The notes: generated by a model from the letters alone, not told the origin. A stretch of DNA of 64,000 nucleotides from a virus (IMGVR_UViG_2758568729_000001:32001-96000), one strand, 5' to 3'. Shown: positions 34,546 through 44,254, counted from the stretch's first letter. Program-made: numbers and translations.

Positions 34546-35778
34546 GTGCAGACCATCGGGGATAACATCGCCCGGATTCGTAAGCAGCGAACGATCACCC
34601 AGGAACACCTTGCCGAAGCTGCCGGCCTCAGCGTCGAAACGATCCGCAAGCTCGAACGGAATGAGCGCACGGCCGCGCGGATGTCGACCTTGAACAAGAT
34701 CGCCCGTGTTCTGGGGGTTGCCACATCCACCCTGCTCGGCAACGTGGCCCGAGGTGCAGCCAACCGGGAGCCCGACTCGATACCCCTCGGTCTCGTCGAC
34801 ATGCGGCGAGCACTGACACCGGTACGCGGCCTCGGCGGGCAACTCGTTGAGGCGGGCCCCGAGCAAACCGCCCCCGCCTTGGATGATGTTCGGGACGCGA
34901 TCCTGACCGCTAACCGGATGTACCACGCCAACGACTACACGAACACGCTGATGGTGCTGCCTGGCCTGCTTGGTGAGGCCCGAATGCTGGTCGACATCAC
35001 CGATGGGGACGAGCGCCTGACCGCGCACATCCTTGCCGCCCGCGCGCATCAACTCGCAGGCAGGCTGATGATCCAAATGCGTCAGGTTGACCTGGCGCAC
35101 GCCGCCCTGACGTTGGCGCTCGACCACGCCGACCAGTCCGGTGACGAACTCACCGGCGCGGCAGCTATCGGCCCCATGTGCTGGCTGCTGCTGCGGCAGG
35201 GGCGGCTCGGCGAGACTGAGCAGTTGGCCATCAGTACAGCCGACCGAATCGAACCTCGTATGTCCCGGGCTCGGCCTGCTGAGGTCGCCCTGTGGGGTGA
35301 GATGTACGTGCGGGCGGCGGCAGCCGCGGTACGGGACAACCGGGACAACGACGCCGATCAGATGTTGGACCTTGCTGCCACAGCGGCGCAGCGCCTCGGC
35401 GACGAAACCGATGAGGTCATCGCAACCGGTGGAATCGACCTGTCGACCGGGTCGGTGGCGATGATGAGGGTGGAGGCTGCGGTGATCGCGGGCCGCCCGG
35501 ATCGGGCGTTGACGCTCTCTACCGGCATTGAGCGGTCTCCGCAGGTCACCCCGTCGTCCCGCCAGCGGCATCGTCTTGACGTTGCGTCGTCGTACGCCCA
35601 AACGGGGCAGTACGCCGAGGCGACCGGTGTGCTGCTGGAGATTCGGGAGCAGGCTCCCGCGTGGATTCGTCAGCAGCGGTATGCCCGAGACATCGTGGAA
35701 TCCATTCGGGATGTGCGACGCAGGGCGATGACGCAGGAGATGGCGGACTTGGCGAAGCTGGTCGGTGTAGACGTCTGA
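34546..35778 (+). CDS. XRE-family regulator with long TPR-like C-terminus
   Basis: IGDNIARIRKQRTITQEHLAEAAGLSVETIRKLER; helical repeat tail. Confidence 0.85.
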   Translation: MQTIGDNIARIRKQRTITQEHLAEAAGLSVETIRKLERNERTAARMSTLNKIARVLGVATSTLLGNVARGAANREPDSIPLGLVDMRRALTPVRGLGGQLVEAGPEQTAPALDDVRDAILTANRMYHANDYTNTLMVLPGLLGEARMLVDITDGDERLTAHILAARAHQLAGRLMIQMRQVDLAHAALTLALDHADQSGDELTGAAAIGPMCWLLLRQGRLGETEQLAISTADRIEPRMSRARPAEVALWGEMYVRAAAAAVRDNRDNDADQMLDLAATAAQRLGDETDEVIATGGIDLSTGSVAMMRVEAAVIAGRPDRALTLSTGIERSPQVTPSSRQRHRLDVASSYAQTGQYAEATGVLLEIREQAPAWIRQQRYARDIVESIRDVRRRAMTQEMADLAKLVGVDV

Positions 35779-35808
35779 CCAGGGAAACCTGTACCGCATG
35801 TACCAGTT

Positions 35809-35844
35809 GGGACGGTGCGTACACGAAGTGGTACGCACCGTCCC
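35809..35844. promoter_or_regulatory. 14-bp perfect inverted repeat (operator or hairpin) after XRE gene
   Basis: GGGACGGTGCGTAC-N8-GTACGCACCGTCCC. Confidence 0.55.
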
Positions 35845-36025
35845 TTCACCTTCTGTGATCGTCTGGGGACGATCGGAGTAGGCGCGGCGACTAGTTCCGT
35901 GAGGGGTACGTAGTCGCCGCGCCTCCCGATCGGCGCCGGGCCGACTTCCCCCGTGGTGGGCCCGGCGCTTCCCTTTGGTGGGGGAGCAGACGGGCGTCAC
36001 CCCCACCCGCGACCGAGGTGGGCGA

Positions 36026-36268
36026 ATGACGAACAGCAGCAGGCGAAAATACTTCAACGACGGGCAGGAGCCCGAGAGCGGGCCGCTGCCCGAACCGGAA
36101 ACCCCACCAACCCCCAAGCCCGCACCGTCCCCGCCGCCGGTGGTCGAGCCGCCGGCCGACGTGGTTAGCCTCATCGCCGCCACGATGGTCATGGGACGCT
36201 CCGGCACCCCGCACGCCCAGGCTCTGATCAGCCGCAACCGCAGTCGGCGCTGGCGGCGGATCGGATGA
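36026..36268 (+). CDS. Small Pro-rich hypothetical protein
   Basis: RBS GAGGTG. Confidence 0.45.
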   Translation: MTNSSRRKYFNDGQEPESGPLPEPETPPTPKPAPSPPPVVEPPADVVSLIAATMVMGRSGTPHAQALISRNRSRRWRRIG

Positions 36269-36777
36269 TGGCCGTGGAGGACTCCCGCCCGCACGGCACG
36301 ATCATGCCGCCGCAGGTGTGGCCGGCGATGCTCGGCAACGCGAGGGCGATCGTCGAAGCGCACCTCAACGAGCAGGAGTGTGGACTGTGCCCGGCGTATC
36401 GGCGGGGCGAGTGCGCCCGGTTGGCGTGGGCGAACCGGATGCTCGCCGACCCGGTGATGCTCGCGGTCGAGCGTGCCGCCGAGTCTGGAACACGACCGGT
36501 TACGGTCGGCGACCTGCCCGCAGTACCGGACGGCACGGTGGTGCACCTGGCGCCGGGGGACTGGTCCGACGGGCGTACGACGCAGACGCTGACCACGAAC
36601 GTGAGGGTCCTGCGGGTGCATACCGACCGGGCGGACCCGAACGGAACCCAGGTGTGGGTTACCGGCCACTGGTTGGAGTGCGGGTGGGAGTCGGTGCCGC
36701 CGCATCCGCCATGCGCGGAGGTGCTGGTGGAGGCTAGGGCTGTCCTGACCGCGCTTGTGGCGTTGGCGGGATCATGA
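36265..36777 (+). CDS. Hypothetical protein with Cys motifs
   Basis: ATGA coupling. Confidence 0.55.
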   Translation: MMAVEDSRPHGTIMPPQVWPAMLGNARAIVEAHLNEQECGLCPAYRRGECARLAWANRMLADPVMLAVERAAESGTRPVTVGDLPAVPDGTVVHLAPGDWSDGRTTQTLTTNVRVLRVHTDRADPNGTQVWVTGHWLECGWESVPPHPPCAEVLVEARAVLTALVALAGS

Positions 36778-37004
36778 GCCGCGTTGATGAGCCGTTGACC
36801 CGGGCCGCGATCTGGGAGGCGGCGGCGATGACGATCGCCCAGCACGAGGGCCGGGGCACCTCCTATGCCCCCGGTACTTGCGCCTGCTGTACCCCGGACG
36901 GGTGCGCCCAGCTCGCGTGGGCGGTGGCGATCCGGGCCGGCCGGAGCGCGGTGTACCCGGAACCGCAGCATCAGCCGGTTGATCGGTTGGCAGTCGCCCT
37001 GTGA
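36774..37004 (+). CDS. Small Cys-containing protein (H...C..C...GC..L.WA motif shared with previous gene)
   Basis: ATGA coupling. Confidence 0.55.
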   Translation: MSRVDEPLTRAAIWEAAAMTIAQHEGRGTSYAPGTCACCTPDGCAQLAWAVAIRAGRSAVYPEPQHQPVDRLAVAL

Positions 37005-37222
37005 CCGATGAGGACGGCGCGGGGTTGACGAAGGTCACCTACAACCTGACGCCGGGTGCGCTTGATGCCCGGGACGAGTTGGTTGCGGGGTGGCGGGTGA
37101 CGAGGACGAGGGCGGTGGATCGGGCGTTGCGTGTTGCCGCGATGGTGCATCGTATTGCGCCGGATGGGCATATGCGTGTGATGCGGGATGACGGGTCGGT
37201 CGCGGACGTGTATTTCGTTTGA
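37001..37222 (+). CDS. Small ribbon-helix-helix-like protein
   Basis: TKVTYNLTPGALDARDEL...TRTRAVDRAL. Confidence 0.5.
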   Translation: MTDEDGAGLTKVTYNLTPGALDARDELVAGWRVTRTRAVDRALRVAAMVHRIAPDGHMRVMRDDGSVADVYFV

Positions 37223-37336
37223 GTTGGCGGGGTGGTTGCCGGTTCGCCGGTTGATGAGTGCTGTTCTTTTTTTGCACAACAGAAACACGACTTACATTCA
37301 TGTGTGTCTATTGACTGATGGAAGACTGGCCCTCTA

Positions 37337-38569
37337 ATGTCCTTCGCTATGAGAACACTCAGCCGCCGCGCAATCGCGGCGACCCTCGCCGTCGTAACCG
37401 CCCTCACGGTTATCGGCAACCCCGCCGTAGCGGCATCGGCCTCCTTCACGCCCCCTGCCGAATCGACGATCTCCAGCAGCGCGATCACCGGCCCAGTCCC
37501 CGCCCCATTCGCAAGCTGGGACGCGCTTTTCGCGCGGCAGGCCCTGATGAACAGCGCTCTCGACGCGATCCGGGCCGCCGACCCGGTCGACAACTACGGC
37601 GGCGCGGTCGCCGACCCCTCCAAAGACGCGTTGGTCATCTACTGGCGCGGTGAGATGTCGCCGGCAGCGCAGGCCGCCCTGGTCGAGCACCGCAAGCGCG
37701 TGCCGATCAGCGTCATCCCGGCCCGGTACACGGAGGCTGAACTGCTGGCTGAGGCCCAGCGTCTCAGCGCCAACCGGGAGATTGCCGTCGTCGGCCCGGC
37801 CGCCGACGGAAGCGGCCTGGTCATTCAGGGTCACGACGGCGCCCCCGGCGCGGCCGTACGCCAGTGGGTGTCGACAACGTCCCCCGGTGTCGCTGTTCGG
37901 TACAGCACCGCACCGGCCGACAAGATGATCCCCGCGACCCGGCAGAACGACAGCTCGCCATGGTCGGCCGGTGCGCGTACCGACGACTGCACCACCGGCC
38001 CGGTTGTACGCCGGGGGACGTCCGCGATCCGGATTATGTTCGCGGCCCATTGTGGCGGCAACGGCACGCAGGTGTTCGACAACAACGGTGAGCTAATCGG
38101 CACGGTCGAAGACGCCAACGCCACGGCCGATCACTCGCTTATTGTCCCCAACATTTTGGGCAGGGGCTGGACATGGGACGGCCCGGTCCAGTCAACCCAG
38201 GCCAAGGCGGTCGCCAGCGCGGGCGCCCCGGTCCTCGGTAACTGGTACTGCTCGTCGGGTAGCCATTCGGGCATCATCTGCACCATCCAGATGACCGAGG
38301 GTTTCGCCATGCGCGGCGGGATCGGCCCGCTCGCGCTCGGCGACAAAGACGTGGCCACTCTGCCTGCCGGCGGGCAGGGTGACTCCGGCGCCCCGATCTA
38401 CGACCTGACCGGAGCAAAGGTGATCATGCGTGGCCAACTCAAGCAGATCAGCACCAGCCGCCTGGTGCCCTGCCAAGGACTCGGCGGTCGCCTCTGCTCC
38501 TCCCGGATTGCGTTCTCATCCGTGCCTGCGTCGATGTCCGCACTCGGTGTGGGAATCGTGACCGGGTAA
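37337..38569 (+). CDS. Secreted S1 (chymotrypsin/streptogrisin-like) serine protease with signal peptide and pro-region
   Basis: Signal peptide; CTTG, FAAHC (His), ADHSLI (Asp), GDSGAP (Ser). Confidence 0.85.
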   Translation: MSFAMRTLSRRAIAATLAVVTALTVIGNPAVAASASFTPPAESTISSSAITGPVPAPFASWDALFARQALMNSALDAIRAADPVDNYGGAVADPSKDALVIYWRGEMSPAAQAALVEHRKRVPISVIPARYTEAELLAEAQRLSANREIAVVGPAADGSGLVIQGHDGAPGAAVRQWVSTTSPGVAVRYSTAPADKMIPATRQNDSSPWSAGARTDDCTTGPVVRRGTSAIRIMFAAHCGGNGTQVFDNNGELIGTVEDANATADHSLIVPNILGRGWTWDGPVQSTQAKAVASAGAPVLGNWYCSSGSHSGIICTIQMTEGFAMRGGIGPLALGDKDVATLPAGGQGDSGAPIYDLTGAKVIMRGQLKQISTSRLVPCQGLGGRLCSSRIAFSSVPASMSALGVGIVTG

Positions 38570-38659
38570 CCAATCGGTGGAGCCGTTCGGGGCAGTATGC
38601 CCGTCATACTCCCCGAACGGCTTTACTCTCCGTATAGGAACAACTATCAAGAGGTGATC

Positions 38660-39256
38660 ATGCGCACACGCACACCGCTTACCGTCGGCGCCTGCATGCT
38701 GCTGGCGATCGTGACGCTCGGAGGATGCGGGCAAGCTACGGCCGCCAACGAATCGGCCCCGGTGCCCCCGCAGTCGACGGAGTACCCAATACCCCGCCCG
38801 ACCACCCCGCCCCCGTCGAACTCCCCCGTGCAGTCAGAGCTGACCAAATACGCGGAGCAGGTACAGGCGCTCGGCGAACGCCCTGAGTACCGCTCCGTGT
38901 ACGCCGGGGTGGAGACCGACATCTCCGGAAACCGGCTACTTGTCCACAGTCGCGAGTCCTCCACGTTCGCCGCAGCGGTACGAGCTGTCGTACCGGAGCA
39001 ACGGCTGTGGCTCCGGGAGGTGCCCCTGAGCGCGGACCAGTTGGCCACCGGTGTGACCGACATCAGCGGAGACATCGCCGACTGGAAGGGCCGAGGTATC
39101 GAGATCCGGAGCGTGGGGGCGCAGCCGGGGCTTGGGTGTGTGGAGATCGGTGTGGCGCAGCCCGACCGTGACCGAGAGACCTTGGTCGCCCACTACCAGG
39201 CGACCGTGCCGGTGTGCGTGATCCTGGGGAGCGTCCTGATCCCCGCCGCAAGCTAG
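38660..39256 (+). CDS. Lipoprotein resembling the protease pro-domain
   Basis: Lipobox TLGGC; aligns by eye with pro-region of the upstream protease. Confidence 0.7.
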   Translation: MRTRTPLTVGACMLLAIVTLGGCGQATAANESAPVPPQSTEYPIPRPTTPPPSNSPVQSELTKYAEQVQALGERPEYRSVYAGVETDISGNRLLVHSRESSTFAAAVRAVVPEQRLWLREVPLSADQLATGVTDISGDIADWKGRGIEIRSVGAQPGLGCVEIGVAQPDRDRETLVAHYQATVPVCVILGSVLIPAAS

Positions 39257-39291
39257 TTTCGACGATCGCCGCCGACCCGAGAGGCGGCGAG

Positions 39292-39328
39292 CCAGAAGGG
39301 GCGTCCCGGTTGGGTGCGCCCCTTCTGG
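39292..39328. terminator. Terminator-like hairpin
   Basis: CCAGAAGGGGCG...CGCCCCTTCTGG. Confidence 0.6.
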
Positions 39329-39347
39329 TATTCCGAGGGAAGGTCTC

Positions 39348-39858
39348 ATGTCGCAAGCCGAATTCCGAGAGCTGTTCCGCGCCACCCGACACTCAGCGGT
39401 CCACCTTGAACTCCGCAACAGCTACGAGATCGACGCCCCCCGGCGTCAGAGCGAAATCCATCCCGACCCGGCCGTCCGGTCGACCTGGTGGACGCCGTGG
39501 CTCAATGATGTGGATGCCGCGAGAAAGCGCAAGGTGACCGTGCGCCGGGCACGGATGGTTGATGAGCCGGTGTCCGAGTACATCCGTTGGGAGCACTCCA
39601 CCACCTGGCGCAACCTTTGCTGCGGGGGAGGATGTCCGGTGGCTTCCTCGCCGGCTGGCCACCGGGCTGCTCGTGCCGGTCCATGACTTCTGGCTGTTGG
39701 ACGGCGAGGTGCTTGCGGTCGCGCACCACGGCGGTGACGGGCAGCTCGTGGAGGTGGAGATCCTGCGCAAACCGGCGCTGGCGGCGATGCACGCGGAGGC
39801 GTTCGAGCAGGTGTGGGAGTTGGCGGTGCCGCACGCGGATTACGTGCTGGCTGCCTGA
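39348..39858 (+). pseudogene. DUF6879-like gene split by +1 frameshift
   Basis: SAVHLELRNSY...RRARMVDEPVSEYIRWEH..NL continues in another frame as AAGEDVRWLPRR...DFWLLDG; extra T at 39616-39618. Confidence 0.75.
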
Positions 39859-39878
39859 GCCGAGAAATCGCCACACGC

Positions 39879-39935
39879 GGCAAATTTGTTGCCAGCCTCC
39901 TTGACTTGCCCGATCGGGCTGGCAACATATTTGCC
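39879..39935 (+). promoter_or_regulatory. 19-bp inverted repeats bracketing a promoter, abutting ATG (leaderless)
   Basis: GGCAAATTTGTTGCCAGCC (39879) / GGCTGGCAACATATTTGCC (39917), 1 mismatch; TTGACT at 39901. Confidence 0.7.
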
Positions 39936-40841
39936 ATGACGACGGTTCGAATCGCCCCCCTTGAAAAGCCCACGGCGCTCTACCGCCACGCCAACAACAA
40001 GGTCATGCCCACCTACCTCCAGCTCAACTTGCAGAACGGAGCACTGGAGGCAATCGCCGAGGAGACCACCAACGACCCGCCGGAACGAGCCATACCCGGC
40101 AGCGCGCTCGAAGGACGGGTGCGGCGGTGGCTCATCCCGCTACTGACCGCCGAGGCCGCGAACGCCCTGCTCACCGAAGCCGGCCCGCTGGCTCAGAGGA
40201 TCCTCAACGGCGTCGACATCCGCCGCACTCGCGACTCCAGCGCCGAAGGCGTCGCCACCCTGAACGACGACGCCCGCGCGGCCGATGACGAACTTGACGT
40301 GCTGATCCAGACCTACCAGGGCGCCCCCACCATCAGCGAGATGCCGGCGGCCACATGGCACGCCGACGAGGAGCCCACCGAGATCGCCGACGACTGGGGC
40401 ATCACCGCATCCTCCGACGATGCCAAGCTGGACCGGGTGGCCGTTGAGATCGCCGCCGAAATCGAGGCGAGCGCCGACGCCACGTACGTCCCAACGGGCG
40501 TGCTGGACTACCTGCGCGAGGTACGTGACGGGCTCCGGGATGCCGTCCGGGCGGAGCTTAGCGAGGTAGCTGACCAGCGGGCACGGCTGACGGCTCGCCG
40601 CGACAAGTTGATCCGCCGGATCCGGTCCTGGGACGTCGACTCTGACCGGTCGATCGGGATGCTCGCGGGTGTGTCGCACACACAGGTGCAGAACATCGCC
40701 AAGGTCAGCGCCGGAGAGGGCGCCGTTGTGCGAGAGATCGCCGACCGTGTGTCCAAGGGCCACGGCCTGGATGACATCGCCGACGATCTCAATGCTCGGG
40801 GGGTATCCGTCCCCGAGGACGTACGGAAGTCGGCCCCGTAA
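39936..40841 (+). CDS. Hypothetical protein with C-terminal HTH motifs
   Basis: SDRSIGMLAGVSHTQVQNIAK; GLDDIADDLNARGV. Confidence 0.7.
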   Translation: MTTVRIAPLEKPTALYRHANNKVMPTYLQLNLQNGALEAIAEETTNDPPERAIPGSALEGRVRRWLIPLLTAEAANALLTEAGPLAQRILNGVDIRRTRDSSAEGVATLNDDARAADDELDVLIQTYQGAPTISEMPAATWHADEEPTEIADDWGITASSDDAKLDRVAVEIAAEIEASADATYVPTGVLDYLREVRDGLRDAVRAELSEVADQRARLTARRDKLIRRIRSWDVDSDRSIGMLAGVSHTQVQNIAKVSAGEGAVVREIADRVSKGHGLDDIADDLNARGVSVPEDVRKSAP

Positions 40842-40854
40842 CCTAACGAAGACC

Positions 40855-40896
40855 GTTGTGGTTACCACAACAGGAGTGTTACTGTAACCACAACAG
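40855..40896 (+). promoter_or_regulatory. Promoter with ACCACAAC operator copies
   Basis: GTTGTGGT-T-ACCACAAC palindrome; second ACCACAACAG at 40887; TTGTGG-18-TACTGT. Confidence 0.6.
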
Positions 40897-40920
40897 ACGC
40901 GGGAGGAGAGGTGAGCGAAC

Positions 40921-42060
40921 ATGACCGACCGTAAGCCCGTCACCGACGGCATACCCACTGACGTTGCCTGGCAGGAAGGCCGCCGCATCTACATCAGATG
41001 CGGCTACAACAGCAACCTGAACAAGCAACTCCTGGAAATCAACGCGAAGTGGGACGGCGACGTTGGCGCCCGGTACGTCGGCACCACCCGCCGAGACGCC
41101 GTGCTCCCACTGGTGCAAGCCCACGTCGAACGCATCGCCGCCGCGACCGCCATCAAGACCGCCGGCCGCTGGATCGCCATTCCGTACGAGGCCGAGGCGA
41201 TCCGGGAGCACGCCCAAAGCCTCGGCGGCAAGTACGACAAGCCGACCAAGCGGTGGGCAATGCCCAGCGCCGATACCCTGGCCGACGTTCACCAGCGCGT
41301 CCACGACTGGACCGCAGCGGTCGAGGCGAAGCGGCAAGCCGAACGAGAGGCCGAGAAGGAAGCGCGCGCGGCGGCCGAGCGTGAAGGTCGGGACGCAGCA
41401 GCCGCGGCCAAGGCATCCCGGGAAGAACGCCTGATCGCCTCGTCGGGGCGCACCATCATGGAGGATCGGGGACAGGTCCGATCGCAGCGCCTACACGGGT
41501 GGATGCGCCGGCCGGAAGCGGAGCAGCGCAAACCTCAACCCGGAGACGTCCGCAAACTGCGGGACGGCCGCCGGGTGCTCGTCCTGAACAGTGAGGTGTG
41601 GTTCGCCTCCCAGGACGCGATCGATGACGGGCTCGCGGCGGGCGTCAACCTGTGGGAGGACCCCGGCTGGTTCTACAACTACAACTTCGTTGTGGTGGAG
41701 CCGACCGCCGAGGAGGTCGAGGCTGACCGCCAGGAGAAAGCCGAGCAGGACGACCTGACCGAATTGGCGGAGGTCATGAAGCTTGCGGATCGCACCCCGC
41801 GCCAAGCTGTTGACTCGTTGACCAACCTGGAAGGGGCGACGATCACCGAGGACTCAGCCGGCGGGATGACCATCCACGGCGGGCAGATCACCGTCACCCC
41901 CACCGACGAGGTGTGGTACCAGCACCCGGGTTGGTACGACGACTATGTCCGTACAGAAGGCCGGGTGGATGATCCGGAGTTGATCGCGCGAGTGCGCGCC
42001 ATCATCGCCGGTGGAGACCGCCGCCGGGGAGCCTACGCGGTAAAGGAGTTCCAGCGGTGA
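40921..42060 (+). CDS. Hypothetical protein with two DUF5710-like modules
   Basis: INAKWDGDVGARYV and LGGKYDKPTKRWAMP repeats; coiled coil. Confidence 0.6.
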   Translation: MTDRKPVTDGIPTDVAWQEGRRIYIRCGYNSNLNKQLLEINAKWDGDVGARYVGTTRRDAVLPLVQAHVERIAAATAIKTAGRWIAIPYEAEAIREHAQSLGGKYDKPTKRWAMPSADTLADVHQRVHDWTAAVEAKRQAEREAEKEARAAAEREGRDAAAAAKASREERLIASSGRTIMEDRGQVRSQRLHGWMRRPEAEQRKPQPGDVRKLRDGRRVLVLNSEVWFASQDAIDDGLAAGVNLWEDPGWFYNYNFVVVEPTAEEVEADRQEKAEQDDLTELAEVMKLADRTPRQAVDSLTNLEGATITEDSAGGMTIHGGQITVTPTDEVWYQHPGWYDDYVRTEGRVDDPELIARVRAIIAGGDRRRGAYAVKEFQR

Positions 42061-42590
42061 CGAAGCGCGAACCGGTGTCGGTAGATGAAGCCGACCCGGT
42101 AGGGGCCACGGAAATCGCCGAACGGGCCGGGGTGGGGCGGCCTGCTGTGGAGCGGTGGCAGGAGCGTCACGCCGACACGTGGCCCGAGCGCCGGTGGACG
42201 GTGGGCGGTCGGCCGGCGTGGGACTGGGCGGTGGACATCGTGCCGTGGCTGGAGGCGACGGGTCGGATCGAACCGCAAGTGCGATCCCGCTCCACCGCAG
42301 CGAACCGGCGACGCCGGCTGAGTATTGAGCGTTCGCCCGAGACGGCCCGACCTCGGATCCGCGCCGAGGTGATGGCGTACGACGAGCCGATGGACCAGCA
42401 GCGGTTGGACGGCGCCGCCGAGGTGGAGGCGATGGTCGACGAGATTCTTGCCGCATGGCTGGCCAACCCGGTCGGTCACCGCAACGGCCTGCGCGGGTTC
42501 ACCGAGCGCTGGTTGCGGGACCACTACGCGACCTGGCGAGCGCCGTCCCCGGCATCTACCCACGCGCAGACCGGAGGTCTTGAGGCATGA
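42057..42590 (+). CDS. AlpA-like DNA-binding protein
   Basis: VGATEIAERAGVGRPAVERWQERH...WP......GRPAWDW. Confidence 0.7.
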   Translation: MTKREPVSVDEADPVGATEIAERAGVGRPAVERWQERHADTWPERRWTVGGRPAWDWAVDIVPWLEATGRIEPQVRSRSTAANRRRRLSIERSPETARPRIRAEVMAYDEPMDQQRLDGAAEVEAMVDEILAAWLANPVGHRNGLRGFTERWLRDHYATWRAPSPASTHAQTGGLEA

Positions 42591-42955
42591 CAGCACCGAT
42601 CATCGTCAACGCGGTCGACGGGCACCCGGTCTGCGCCGGCCCCGCCGACACCATCCAGGCGGCCCTACGTGGGGCGCAGCCGCTCACCATCACCGGCAAG
42701 CACGCCACCGGCGACACCGTGTACCTCGCTCCGCGCGACGGCGCCGACATCGCCCGTACCGTGCCCCACCCGGTGCACGGTGACATCCACTACGCCTGGG
42801 TCGACACCGCCCGGATGGGCGACGCGCCACAGCTCTCCGAGTTGTACCGCGATCGGGCCGCTCAAGGCAGGATCGCTGCCATGCAAGCAGAGGACCGCGG
42901 CCGGGCGATGGTGCCGGCGTGCGACAACTGTGGGGAGTGCTCGCGCTGTGTCTGA
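42587..42955 (+). CDS. Hypothetical protein with C-terminal Cys cluster
   Basis: ATGA coupling; CDNCGECSRC. Confidence 0.6.
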   Translation: MTAPIIVNAVDGHPVCAGPADTIQAALRGAQPLTITGKHATGDTVYLAPRDGADIARTVPHPVHGDIHYAWVDTARMGDAPQLSELYRDRAAQGRIAAMQAEDRGRAMVPACDNCGECSRCV

Positions 42956-43385
42956 CCCGATCGAAGGACGGCTTGGAACCCTGGTGCTCGGGGGCTGGAT
43001 TGCGCCCGCACCGACAGGCCACGACGAGGCGTTCTTTCTCTTGACCACCCCCGACAAGCGGGCGGCGCTGACGATGCCCGTGGTCGCTGCGACCCTCGGG
43101 CTCGGTGCGGCCGGCACGGTGACCGAGCGCCCGGACCCGGAGGTGCGGGTCGAGATCGGGGCCGACGGGTGGGCCACCCTGCACACCCCCGGTGGCGAGC
43201 GCTTTACCCGGCCGGTCGCGGCAGAGTGGGCGCAGATCGCGCACGAGCGCGGGCAGGTAGTGCTGTGCGTCGGGATGGCGCCGATGCCGCCCGGGATGAA
43301 TGAGGACGCCTACACCGATCGGTACGGCGTCAAGATTGCACTCGGGCTTGTCCCAGCAGCGAGGGTGCCGGCGGGGGAGCGCTGA
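42948..43385 (+). CDS. Hypothetical protein
   Basis: RBS GGGGAG; overlap coupling. Confidence 0.55.
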   Translation: MSDPIEGRLGTLVLGGWIAPAPTGHDEAFFLLTTPDKRAALTMPVVAATLGLGAAGTVTERPDPEVRVEIGADGWATLHTPGGERFTRPVAAEWAQIAHERGQVVLCVGMAPMPPGMNEDAYTDRYGVKIALGLVPAARVPAGER

Positions 43386-43630
43386 TGGGATCACCGCCGG
43401 CCTACTGGGACCTTTCGGACCTGGCCGCTACCGGTGACCTCGCCAGCGAGTTCGAGGTCAACAACGCGACGATCTCGAACTGGGCGGCCCGCTACCCCGA
43501 CTTTCCTCGCCCCCTGGCCACGCTGTCGACCGGCCCGGTCTGGTCCCGGTGGATGGTCCGCCAGTGGCACGACAGCCGAGATTGGCAGCCGGGTCGGCCA
43601 CGTAAGCAGACACTTCCCGAGCCGGATTGA
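43385..43630 (+). CDS. AlpA-like DNA-binding protein
   Basis: DLASEFEVNNATISNWAARYPDFPRPLATLSTGPVW...W; C-terminal GRPRK. Confidence 0.75.
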   Translation: MGSPPAYWDLSDLAATGDLASEFEVNNATISNWAARYPDFPRPLATLSTGPVWSRWMVRQWHDSRDWQPGRPRKQTLPEPD

Positions 43631-43735
43631 CGACCACAGAGGAGACCACGATGGCCGCAGGGCCTACACCGGCATCAACGAGTGGCAGGACGTCATCCTG
43701 CCGGCCGGCTACGACGTTTCGGACGAGGTGAAGGC

Positions 43736-44248
43736 ATGAGCCTTATCGACAAGATCGAAGAGTTGGGTGCGGCCGTTGACGCCGGCCTACTCGACCGGGC
43801 CACCGCCGCGCACCAACTCGTCCAGTACAGCGACGGCGGTCTGACGCTCTACGGGGCCAAGGAGTCGATCGACAACTGGCAGACCCGCCGGGCCGCGTAC
43901 GCCGACATTTTCATGAACGCTGAGCTCGGGGTGGCCGCTGTTCAAGCGGGGCTGCGGCGAGGTGAGCAGCGGGCTACCGGGGCGGAAAACCCCGCCGGCG
44001 GCTTTGTGCTGGAGACGACGGACGAAGACCTGCTCGACTGGCTCACCAGCCCGAGCATGGGCACCAGCCTCGCCACCAGGTTTGGTGGCCAGCAGGTCGC
44101 TGAGCGGATCGACGGCGGCGCGAGAATCATCCGTTTGGATCTTCTTCGTGAACTCGGCCCGGACGAGGATGGCTCGATCACGGAGGAAGACGGGAGGTTG
44201 GCCATGTGGGTTGGGGGCAGCCCGTACCCGATCCGTGTCGACGCCTGA
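43736..44248 (+). CDS. Hypothetical protein
   Basis: RBS GAGGTG; ends before terminator. Confidence 0.55.
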   Translation: MSLIDKIEELGAAVDAGLLDRATAAHQLVQYSDGGLTLYGAKESIDNWQTRRAAYADIFMNAELGVAAVQAGLRRGEQRATGAENPAGGFVLETTDEDLLDWLTSPSMGTSLATRFGGQQVAERIDGGARIIRLDLLRELGPDEDGSITEEDGRLAMWVGGSPYPIRVDA

Positions 44249-44254
44249 CACGCG

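Noticed and set aside
34543-36705. 720-aa minus-strand ORF and other long antisense ORFs (e.g. 50305-52056, 8507-10018)
   Set aside because: Shadow ORFs of high-GC genes with Arg/Pro/Gly-rich translations; the opposite strand has recognisable proteins
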